The notes under the pieces: generated by a model
Databases searched by the model: none
What the model saw: the letters and a program-made list of their open reading frames with translations, nothing else
What the model was told of the DNA's origin: nothing
Position numbers and translations under genes: made by a program
Part shown: positions 40,435-49,307 of the stretch, in pieces
Position numbering within the stretch: the first letter of the stretch is position 1
Layout: every line of letters starts with the position of its first letter
Assembly: GCA_963665815.1 (NCBI GenBank)
Contig: OY762463.1
Coordinates: 736,001-800,000 of the forward strand
Source of the DNA: Candidatus Cloacimonadales bacterium
GTDB lineage: Bacteria > Cloacimonadota > Cloacimonadia > Cloacimonadales > JAIOQZ01
DNA length: 64,000 nt
Direction: 5' to 3'

Positions 40435-40582
40435 TTTCCTTCAAAACATTTACTTGTATATCTTTTTCAAGTCATACTTCATGCTTTGAAAAAAACATGG
40501 TAACCGGAAAATTATATTGTGTTAACGGTTTCCTATAATTCTTTTTTATAGGTCAGATTTATTTACTAAATTACATATCAAG

Positions 40583-41242
40583 TCAGTATCGCTCTCCAAA
40601 AATAAGTTTTATTGTGCCATAGGCAATATGTCTCATCCACAACCTGGCAAAAAATCCGGGTCTACCTGAAGCAATCACTTTGCCATCTTTGTTAAACTTC
40701 AACTCTGTATACTTTTTGTATACTATTCCATTGTATACAGTATTATTACCAACAACAAGACTCTTAGGAGTTCCATCCTCATAGAATCTTACCGGGGAAA
40801 GCCCACCTGGATCACACTCTATACCATTAATAACACAAGGTTTATACAGAAAAATAGTTTTGAGATTCCCGTTAGGATAAAATGAAGTTGATGCTTTTGT
40901 CTTTCCACCATCGCAGGGATATCCGTTTATCATTAAATCTTCCCAAAGATAAAGATGTGTAACTTCACCTTTTTCGTTCCTGAAAACACGAGTATGGGCA
41001 GGCATTAAAACATTGTATATCTTAGTATCTCTGGCAATATCATAGCTTTTAACTTTACCACTTTCATAGAAATGACACCAGCCGTATAATTCAATACTAT
41101 CAGCAACAATGGGATTTTTCAGAAATACTCTTTTAAGGTTACCATTATCATAATACTTCTTCTTACTTCCCTTATCAGTATCAAATGCATAAGAAGTCAA
41201 ATATGTAAGTGTCAGCAATACAATAAATAAGATTCTTTTCAT
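40583..41242 (-). CDS. Secreted MORN-variant/YwqK-like repeat protein
   Basis: Signal peptide; repeated YYDNGNLK, FYESGKVK, FYPNGNLK and FYEDGTPK. Confidence 0.7.
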   Translation of the reverse strand: MKRILFIVLLTLTYLTSYAFDTDKGSKKKYYDNGNLKRVFLKNPIVADSIELYGWCHFYESGKVKSYDIARDTKIYNVLMPAHTRVFRNEKGEVTHLYLWEDLMINGYPCDGGKTKASTSFYPNGNLKTIFLYKPCVINGIECDPGGLSPVRFYEDGTPKSLVVGNNTVYNGIVYKKYTELKFNKDGKVIASGRPGFFARLWMRHIAYGTIKLIFGERY

Positions 41243-41526
41243 TCTTCCTCCATATACATAATTTAATTACTGTTTACTAAAACCTGTAATATCATTACTT
41301 ATTAAAGTGATAACTTATGTTTTTATACAATTTAAGTAAAGCAAAATATACAATTATAGTTTAAATTGAGACATACTAACTCATATATTTTCAAACATTA
41401 TTTTGTAACTCAAAGTACAGGAATTCAGTTTCTGCTATTCAATACAAAAGCAAGTTTTCAAAAAAAATATTTACAGAAATGAAATGTTCTTGTTTTTTTG
41501 TAAAAATTAATCTGTAGGATTTCACT

Positions 41527-42426
41527 ATGAACGAGCAACAGTATATGCAACTTAGAGACAATGCTGTAAGAATAGCATTTAAGATAACAAAAAACCGTGA
41601 TGATGCTGAAGATGTTGCTCAAGAAGCACTGTTAAAGCTTATGATGATGGATAAGGAAATTGAAAATCCTGCAGGTTGGATCACTACTGTAGTCAGAAAT
41701 CAATCTCTTTCAGTTATCAAAAAAAAATCCAGGACAGTAAGATTAACTGATGAAAAGCTTTCAACAGAGAACTCGTTTTCAGAACCTGAACATGATGAAC
41801 TTCCTGATCTTGATATGGATCATGTCAAAGCTCTGCTTTCTGCCGCAGATTTCCGAGTTTACAAAATGATGCTCAAATATAAAACTGTGAAAGCTTATGC
41901 TACTGCTGCAAAGAAAAAGTATTCCAGTACCGCTGCAAATGTACAGAGAATGAAGCAGAATCTTGTTGCCGCCTACAATCGTGATAAGCAAGTTGTAACA
42001 GGTATAAACCTTCTGACATATAATGAAGCTCGTTCCTGTAGAGAGATGCTAAAAATTTTACCTACTATATCTAATAGTGAAGATATGAAAAAGCATGTGA
42101 GATACTTTGAAGAGTATGAGGGTAATTCGTTCAATCTTGATATTGATGCAATAAGAGTATGGAATATTCATCTTAAGAAAAATATTATTAATCTTTTTAT
42201 TACATTTGAGAGCAAGTCGCACGATATAGAAAATTGCAAGATAGATTTTGTGATAAATAAACTTAACAGAATAAAGATTAGAAATATAAGGACACTACCG
42301 ACTGCCAGAATAAAAGATATTGACAAAGAAGAGTTTCTCAGGAAATTTAAATTATCTAAATCAGGAATTCTTAATCTTGATGAAGAAAGTGCTGATATTT
42401 TAGAAAAATTGCTTAAAGATAAATAA
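41527..42426 (+). CDS. ECF-type sigma-70 factor with C-terminal extension
   Basis: Region 2 DAEDVAQEALLKL...GWITTVVRN, a region-4-like helix-turn-helix, then ~140 extra aa. Confidence 0.75.
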   Translation: MNEQQYMQLRDNAVRIAFKITKNRDDAEDVAQEALLKLMMMDKEIENPAGWITTVVRNQSLSVIKKKSRTVRLTDEKLSTENSFSEPEHDELPDLDMDHVKALLSAADFRVYKMMLKYKTVKAYATAAKKKYSSTAANVQRMKQNLVAAYNRDKQVVTGINLLTYNEARSCREMLKILPTISNSEDMKKHVRYFEEYEGNSFNLDIDAIRVWNIHLKKNIINLFITFESKSHDIENCKIDFVINKLNRIKIRNIRTLPTARIKDIDKEEFLRKFKLSKSGILNLDEESADILEKLLKDK

Positions 42427-42478
42427 TTGGTATAAAAATTGCATCTAAATTTTTATAATAATATTCAGGGAGATTATT

Positions 42479-42799
42479 ATGAAAAAGAAAATATTCATAA
42501 TATTATTTTTAACAGTTATTGTACTAAATAGTTTTGCTTTCCCCTTTTTCAAAGTAGGTAAAAAAGGATTCGGAGATAAAGACAAGCTCAAAGAAAAAGG
42601 CAGAACAAGATTTATAGATTTTAATCGTTTAATTCCAATTGATTTTGGTTCCTGGTCATCTTTTGAAGATGCAATTGAAGATTTACCATATATTGATCCC
42701 CATACAGCAAAAAGCGACGGTACAATTCTTTTTATTGGAACTGATTTCATTGTTGTCTGGATAGATGGTCAAGCATATGTATCTACATTAAAACAATAA
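42479..42799 (+). CDS. Small secreted hypothetical protein
   Basis: GGGAG RBS, signal peptide MKKKIFIILFLTVIVLNSFA, followed by a terminator. Confidence 0.7.
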   Translation: MKKKIFIILFLTVIVLNSFAFPFFKVGKKGFGDKDKLKEKGRTRFIDFNRLIPIDFGSWSSFEDAIEDLPYIDPHTAKSDGTILFIGTDFIVVWIDGQAYVSTLKQ

Positions 42800-42819
42800 T
42801 CCAGAATTTTTAAAAATAT

Positions 42820-42845
42820 ACTCCACTAATAGTGGAGTTTTTTTT
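42820..42845 (+). terminator. Rho-independent terminator
   Basis: ACTCCACT-AAT-AGTGGAGT followed by a T-run. Confidence 0.8.
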
Positions 42846-43098
42846 GTAAATCATCATATTTCACTGTAAACATTGTACACATAGACTGAACAACAGCAAT
42901 AAACATTTCGGGAAAGATTTATCTCAATATAATTAGTTAATGCACCATTTTTTATTAAGGCTATTTCTTTTTGACTAAGACTCATTTTTATATAGACAAA
43001 CCTGATTTTCTCTTTAAATTTTTGTTCGTAAACTTAAAATATGAGTTTACGATGTCACAATCTATGAACAAAATATAACATGAGAAGAAGGAGAATTT

Positions 43099-45333
43099 AT
43101 GAGAATAAGAGTTATCACGTTTTTTATTTTTGCATTTGTTTCATTGAAATCCATTACAAACTTATCTGAAATATCTATTCTGACCGGGCAGGATCCATAT
43201 AGTACAGAATACAGTAATTACGGATATTGTACTGACATTGAAGGTGATTATGCAGTTATAGGTGCTCCATACTCGGAAAATGGAACAGGTAATGCAATTG
43301 GCGCAGTTTTCGTCTATCATTGGGATGGTTCTCAGTGGACACAACAGAATAAGTTAACCCTTTCCAATCCGGGATATAGCCTGAATTTTGGTGAATCCGT
43401 AGCAATTTCAGGTGATTACATTGTTGTGGGATGTACAGGTCACAGATCCAACGGTGAATTAAGCGGAGCAGCTTATGTATACTACAGATCAGGAACATCC
43501 TGGAATTACCAGGCAATACTTCAGCCTTCATCAGTACAACCCTATGACTACTTTGGAGGACATGTCGACATAAGTGGTGATTATGTTATCGTCGGAGCTC
43601 AACAGCATGATCACAATGGCATGGAAGACTCGGGAGCAGCATACATATTTCACAGGAACGGTACATCCTGGAATGAACAGAGTAAGCTTACAGCCAGCGA
43701 TGCTGCCGAATACAGCTACATTGGTAAAGATGTTGCAATTAGTGGTGACTATTGTACTGTTACAACTGAACACCTTAACAAGGCCTATGTATACCAACGA
43801 GTAAATACAACATGGACACAGCTTCAGATTATCAGTGGAGCAGGCATGCTGGCAGCAGATACTTTTGGCAAATCAGTCACAATGCAGGGAGTATACACAC
43901 TTGTTGGTGGAACATTCTACAATGGTATGGAAGGTGTTGTTTATACTTTCCATAGAGGAGCAACAACTTATTCGGAAGAAGGTAAACTACACCCATCTAA
44001 CGGTTCTCTTGAAGGTTCATTTGGATTCTCGATTTCGTTATCAGGTGATAAAGCAGTAGTTGGTCAATATGCTAATAGTGAAGTTGCAGACTATGCAGGA
44101 AGTGCATATGTTTTCGAACGAACCGGAACAACTTGGAATGAAGTACAACAACTTTTTGGATCACAAATCGGTGAATATGATAATTTCGGATGGGGTGTTG
44201 CAATTTCGGGAGACAAGGCTCTTATTGGTGCTACACAGGATGAAGGAGATCAACCCTACTCCGGAGCCGTGTATGCATATACACTTACAACAACAATTGC
44301 TAATACTAGTGTTCCTGATAATGACCAATCACTCCAACAGCTTCCGGACGCAGATACAGAATTCCAGTTTACTGGAAACCATGCCGCAACAGATATTACT
44401 GTTTCAAGATTCGGACACACACCATCAGTATCCGGTTCTCTCCCGTCTGGAATACAGACTATTGCCTCTGATTCATACTGGCAGGTTTTCTCTTCCGAAG
44501 GTAATGTTGGTTCATATAACATAACTTTTGATCTCTCCGGGGTTTCCGGTATTGAGAATTTCAACACCCTGAAAATACTGAAAAGAGATAATTCTTCAAG
44601 TGAATGGCAGGATGTTACTCTTGCACCACATAATGCCACACTGATATACAACAACCCATACATTACTGTACAAGGATTGAGCAGCTTTTCGGATTTTGTT
44701 CCGGCGGGAAGCGGAGATAACTCTCTACCTGTTGAATTATCATCATTTACAGGTATATTTATTAATGATTTTGTGACAATCAGATGGGAAACAAGCTCAG
44801 AAACAGAGAATAACGGATTCAATATATTCCGCTCTGAAACTGCGGATTTTGCAGAATCAGAAAATGTTAATCCTTACATGATTGCAGCAAACAATTCATC
44901 AACCGGAAGCTCATACTCATTCGATGATACAGATGTTGAAATAAATAAAACCTATTACTACTGGCTTGAAAGTCTTTCATTAGACGGCAATTCAATTCTT
45001 CATAAAAATATCTCAGTCAATACAGATAAGAAAGATGAGGAAATCACACCTGATTTACCGGTTAGAACAGTTTTATTTGATGCTTATCCTAATCCATTCA
45101 ATCCTGAAACAACAATTGAATTCAACGTTAAAGAAAATGAGACTGCAACTTTGACAATTTTCAATTTAAAAGGACAAGTTGTAAAATCATTCCATGAGTT
45201 TAATCCTGGACACCATCAGATTCAGTGGGATGGCCTCGGTGATAACAATGAAGCTTCGTCATCAGGTATTTATTTCTATATTTTACAGTCATTAACAAGC
45301 AAACATTGCAAGAAAATGATTCTTATAAAATAA
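43099..45333 (+). CDS. Secreted FG-GAP repeat (beta-propeller) protein with C-terminal sorting domain
   Basis: Seven FGxSVAISGD...VVGA repeats, LPVELSSF...WETSSETENNGFNI, YPNPFNPET tail. Confidence 0.88.
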   Translation: MRIRVITFFIFAFVSLKSITNLSEISILTGQDPYSTEYSNYGYCTDIEGDYAVIGAPYSENGTGNAIGAVFVYHWDGSQWTQQNKLTLSNPGYSLNFGESVAISGDYIVVGCTGHRSNGELSGAAYVYYRSGTSWNYQAILQPSSVQPYDYFGGHVDISGDYVIVGAQQHDHNGMEDSGAAYIFHRNGTSWNEQSKLTASDAAEYSYIGKDVAISGDYCTVTTEHLNKAYVYQRVNTTWTQLQIISGAGMLAADTFGKSVTMQGVYTLVGGTFYNGMEGVVYTFHRGATTYSEEGKLHPSNGSLEGSFGFSISLSGDKAVVGQYANSEVADYAGSAYVFERTGTTWNEVQQLFGSQIGEYDNFGWGVAISGDKALIGATQDEGDQPYSGAVYAYTLTTTIANTSVPDNDQSLQQLPDADTEFQFTGNHAATDITVSRFGHTPSVSGSLPSGIQTIASDSYWQVFSSEGNVGSYNITFDLSGVSGIENFNTLKILKRDNSSSEWQDVTLAPHNATLIYNNPYITVQGLSSFSDFVPAGSGDNSLPVELSSFTGIFINDFVTIRWETSSETENNGFNIFRSETADFAESENVNPYMIAANNSSTGSSYSFDDTDVEINKTYYYWLESLSLDGNSILHKNISVNTDKKDEEITPDLPVRTVLFDAYPNPFNPETTIEFNVKENETATLTIFNLKGQVVKSFHEFNPGHHQIQWDGLGDNNEASSSGIYFYILQSLTSKHCKKMILIK

Positions 45334-45341
45334 TTTATCTT

Positions 45342-45378
45342 AGAAGCTGTCTGATACATCTACTATCTGACAGCTTCT
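45342..45378 (+). terminator. Probable terminator hairpin
   Basis: AGAAGCTGTC...GACAGCTTCT after the stop codon. Confidence 0.55.
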
Positions 45379-45574
45379 TCCCTACTTTATACCCATTGTT
45401 AACACACTGCTTTTCAACTGAAAGTTTTTTAATATTATATTTGACTACTTTTCAATCATTTACAATTTTTGTAATTATTACAATTTGCATTATTTCATAC
45501 ATCATTTATATTATAACTGTAAGTTGAATTGTAATGTTAATAAAGAAATAGAAGAGAAATATAAAGGAGATGAT

Positions 45575-47806
45575 TTGAGAGTAAAAATACTGCTCTTGAG
45601 TCTCATCTCTGTAGTGGCACTATCTATGAGTGCTGTTCCGAGAAATATTCTCGGAGAGTTATTCACTGAAACATGTTCCAGCTGCGGAGGGGACTATTCA
45701 TCAGCGCGGTCTGCGTTGATTCAACTCGCTGATCAAAACAGCAACATCGTACCGATTATCTGGCAGACGTCTGATCCTCAGTCGCCGGGTCTTTCGGACA
45801 GAATGAACATGTATAACGTGAGTCTTATTCCACATGCGTGGTTTAATGGTCTTATGAACTATCAGGGAGAAGACTACGTTGTTGATAATTATGGCAATAT
45901 AGTTAATCAGCTTAGTAATCTTCAATCACCAATTGCCATTGAAATGGATCTGGAAACACACAATGATACACTAAGAGCTGTAGCCCATATATCACTTGAA
46001 AATGATATTACAGGTGGAAACTCCATGTATTTTCTGCTGACTAATAGAGATAATTCCAACTATTCTTCACTAATCATTCAAAATTCAGGATCTCAACCAT
46101 TTAATCTTGTAACATCCGGACAAAACCAGTCATACACACATGACTTCAGGTTAGATCCTGATGTAAACATAGATGACTATAGAGCTGTTGTATTCATCCA
46201 GAATGATGCTACAAATGAAATTTTACAGACAAAACAAACAATTGTTACGGACCTGAGAGCTGACTTCAATGTTGCCAGTCAGGTTGGTCCTGCAAGTTTT
46301 CTTGCCAGCTTTGAAAATCTTTCTCAACCTGAAGGCAGAATTACTCAATGGATGTGGGATTTCCAGAACGATGGAACTATTGACAGCTATGAAGAAAATC
46401 CACGTTTTCTTTATGATACCCCTGAAGTTTATGATGTAGCACTATATGTCAGTGACGGAGAAGATACTATCAGTATTGTTAAGCAAAGGGCTGTATTTGT
46501 TACGGATGCATCCAATGTTGGAGGAAATGTTACCGGTATCTGGAGAGCGGAATACTCACCATACATTATTACACTTGATACTGTTGTGCCAGATTACGGA
46601 GAGCTGACAATTGAACCGGGAGTGGAAGTCCGATTTAATACCGGAAAAAAGATGACCATCTTTGGCAAAATTGCTATTGATGCTGATCCTGACACCAAAG
46701 TTCTAATGTTCTCTGAAACAAACTGGAAAGGATTGAAGCTCGTCAACTCACAGCATAACAATCTTATAAGAAATGTTGAAATACGTAATGCCACTTTGAG
46801 CGGAATCTATCTGACAACATCCAATGCAGAGATTGATGGAGTCTGGGTTCATAACAATAATACCGGGCTTCTTGCCGGAGGTATTGAAATATTTAATTCT
46901 GATTCTGTAACAGTTAAAAACAGTGTTATCAGTAACAACATATCTGATGATAATGCAGGTGGCATTGGTATAAGAAGTTCAAATGTCACATTGAAGAATA
47001 CTGTAATTGTAAATAATTCGGGACTTACTGCCGGAAGCATATCTGTCAGTGGTGACTCCCTGTTTATAGCAGTTAATAACACAATGTCACACAATATAGG
47101 AATTGATAATGCATCTGTTCTAATTGATGCGGATAATGCTGTATTCAAGAATAATATCGTATATTCTGCATCTGATATCCAGGTTAACGGATCCAATGTT
47201 GATGTTTCTTACTCAAATATAAGCGGATATTCTGGTGGAACGGGTAATATTGACTCTGATCCGTTATTTGTAAATCCAACTTCAGGTTATGGACCTAACT
47301 TCCCGGCTCAGAATTCTGACTGGCGATTAAGTGCTTCTTCCCCATCTGTTGATGCAGGAGATCCCTCATCAGACTATAATGATGTGAACGATCCGGAAAA
47401 TCCGGGTTATGCTCTGTTCCCTGCAATGGGAACCATAAGAAACGACATGGGAGCCTTTGGAGGAAGAGGCAATTATGTTGATATAACAGAAATAGAAGAT
47501 GAAAATAAGATAAATACCCCATCCCGCTCCTTAATATCAAATTACCCCAATCCATTCAATCCTAAAACAACGATACAGGTGTCACTCAGTAAAAACGATG
47601 CAAATGAACAGGTGAATATATCAATATACAATCTGAAAGGACAGAGAGTGACGACTTTGTACAATGATATACCGAAGCAGGAAAAATATAATATTGTCTG
47701 GAATGGGACAAGTTCGAGTGGTCTAAATGTCGCAAGTGGAATTTACTTCGTTAAATTAACTACACAGACAGAACATTCAATGAAAAAAATCGTTCTATTA
47801 AAGTAA
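45575..47806 (+). CDS. Secreted Omp28/thioredoxin-like + PKD + beta-helix protein with C-terminal sorting domain
   Basis: TTG start after AAGGAG; LGELFTETCSSC...YNVSLIPHAWFNG; PKD WMWDFQNDG...ENP; GGI repeats; NYPNPFNP tail. Confidence 0.8.
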   Translation: MRVKILLLSLISVVALSMSAVPRNILGELFTETCSSCGGDYSSARSALIQLADQNSNIVPIIWQTSDPQSPGLSDRMNMYNVSLIPHAWFNGLMNYQGEDYVVDNYGNIVNQLSNLQSPIAIEMDLETHNDTLRAVAHISLENDITGGNSMYFLLTNRDNSNYSSLIIQNSGSQPFNLVTSGQNQSYTHDFRLDPDVNIDDYRAVVFIQNDATNEILQTKQTIVTDLRADFNVASQVGPASFLASFENLSQPEGRITQWMWDFQNDGTIDSYEENPRFLYDTPEVYDVALYVSDGEDTISIVKQRAVFVTDASNVGGNVTGIWRAEYSPYIITLDTVVPDYGELTIEPGVEVRFNTGKKMTIFGKIAIDADPDTKVLMFSETNWKGLKLVNSQHNNLIRNVEIRNATLSGIYLTTSNAEIDGVWVHNNNTGLLAGGIEIFNSDSVTVKNSVISNNISDDNAGGIGIRSSNVTLKNTVIVNNSGLTAGSISVSGDSLFIAVNNTMSHNIGIDNASVLIDADNAVFKNNIVYSASDIQVNGSNVDVSYSNISGYSGGTGNIDSDPLFVNPTSGYGPNFPAQNSDWRLSASSPSVDAGDPSSDYNDVNDPENPGYALFPAMGTIRNDMGAFGGRGNYVDITEIEDENKINTPSRSLISNYPNPFNPKTTIQVSLSKNDANEQVNISIYNLKGQRVTTLYNDIPKQEKYNIVWNGTSSSGLNVASGIYFVKLTTQTEHSMKKIVLLK

Positions 47807-48070
47807 TGTCATAATTTAGATGGAAAGCGGATTAGCCCGGTTTTCATCAACTTTACTAACTATTAAAGTAATGTCATAATTTAGATGGAAAGCGGATTAG
47901 CCCGGTTTTCATCAACTTTACTAACTATTAAAGTAATGTCATAATTTAGATGGAAAACGGATTAGTCCGGTTTTCATCAACTTTACTAACTATTAAAGTA
48001 ATGTCATAATTTAGATGGAAAACGGATTAGTCCGGTTTTCATAACTTTTACATTCTATTAAATTAATGTC
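47795..48070. repeat. Tandem repeat, 4 x 65 bp plus a partial unit
   Basis: Units at 47795, 47860, 47925, 47990 and (partial) 48055: CTATTAAAGTAATGTCATAATTTAGATGGAAARCGGATTAGYCCGGTTTTCATCAACTTTACTAA. Confidence 0.95.
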
Positions 48071-48082
48071 GTAACCATAGTG

Positions 48083-48114
48083 AGACCTGCTGAATATTTG
48101 GCAGGTCTTTTTTT
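48083..48114 (+). terminator. Rho-independent terminator
   Basis: AGACCTGC-N10-GCAGGTCT followed by a T-run. A related hairpin lies at 48183-48210. Confidence 0.8.
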
Positions 48115-48625
48115 GCTTTAGTTATCTACTTAGTTCAGATGAAAAACGATTAATTTTTCTTTTTGAAAATTACAATACAGACAAGGTCTGCTGAGTAATC
48201 GGCAGACCTTATATCGCGGGAGTGCGATGACTTGTGTCGAAGTTATACTGACAGATATTCAGTTGACTCAGTATCTTCTTAAGATGTTTATACAAAACAT
48301 CATATCCTGGATAAAAGATCGAGTATTCGCCATCAGTCAATATGAACTGCATTTCATTGATAATACTGTTTTTGCAGGGATTAGATTAATTAAAAAAATA
48401 CTATGGAATTATACTATATATGACACAACTTGGCATATATGGCAATAGCATTCATCAGGGAACTGTTTATATTAGGGGAATTATTGATAGATTATATTTT
48501 TTTTCTTAAATTACTCTGCTTAAAATTACATTCCATTTTCGACATAGACAATTTAAGGAGCACATTTCTCTTGACTGCAATAGTAAATGATGACTTTCTG
48601 AGTTAATAATGCTGATTAATGGGAA

Positions 48626-49075
48626 ATGTTAATGAAACACAGTAAAACAGTCCTGATTAAATTATATGGTGTATCAGTAGTTACAACATTGGTTATATTT
48701 GCCATGGCTATCGGTTTATTAAAAACAAGCATCTCAGAAACAAGAGACTACAAAGCTATGCAGAAAATCGATATGAATACTGACCTTATCGATGCTATTG
48801 TTCCACTTAGAATACCAATGAATGACGTAAAAAAAATAGCTGAGGAAGAGGGTTGGGACCTTTATAAGAGCTTTGAGGAAAACGAGATTTATCCGAGCAG
48901 ACTTATTGCAATGTCCACAATAGAGCAATTCCCAATGAGTCGAGCGATCTTGGGATATATACTCTCCTTTCTGATGCTTGTTATTGTTACAATATACTTC
49001 ATATATCAGACTTCGATTACAATAAAAGGTTTAAAGGGATGCAAAAACAGAAGTGCAGAAGAAAAAAATGAGTAA
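48626..49075 (+). CDS. Hypothetical membrane protein (2 TM)
   Basis: 149-aa ORF with two hydrophobic helices. Confidence 0.6.
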   Translation: MLMKHSKTVLIKLYGVSVVTTLVIFAMAIGLLKTSISETRDYKAMQKIDMNTDLIDAIVPLRIPMNDVKKIAEEEGWDLYKSFEENEIYPSRLIAMSTIEQFPMSRAILGYILSFLMLVIVTIYFIYQTSITIKGLKGCKNRSAEEKNE

Positions 49076-49164
49076 AAAACGCCGCACGCCTTTACTTACA
49101 ACTGTTTACACGATATGAGGACAATGGCAGGAATAAAGAATTTACAACATTTTAGCCACTTTTT

Positions 49165-49304
49165 GCAATATATTTAGAGAATTTTTAAAGACTTTTTAAG
49201 AAAACCACTCCCATTTTGGGCAAAAATTACAGAGAATAAAACACCTTTCTATTTTCGCAATAATTAAAGAGAATTTCTAAAACGTGCAAAAATTAGAGAG
49301 AATT
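49165..49304 (+). repeat. Four degenerate ~19-bp direct repeats, GCAAWAATTNNAGAGAATT
   Basis: Copies at 49165, 49220, 49257 and 49286. The same motif forms the core of the modules at 21623, 51293 and 51790. Confidence 0.65.
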
Positions 49305-49307
49305 AGC

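Noticed and set aside
42445-42750. 101-aa minus-strand ORF
   Set aside because: It is antisense to the plus-strand ORF that has an RBS, signal peptide and terminator.
45660-45700. Selenocysteine in the Omp28-like CxxC
   Set aside because: Both Cys codons are TGT/TGC and there is no in-frame TGA.
47795-48070. Possible CRISPR array (65-bp period)
   Set aside because: The period is CRISPR-like, but the would-be spacers are identical, so it is a plain tandem repeat.
48211-48448. Short ORFs on both strands next to the 48183 hairpin
   Set aside because: They have no recognisable domain or clear start. A gene remnant is possible but unsupported.
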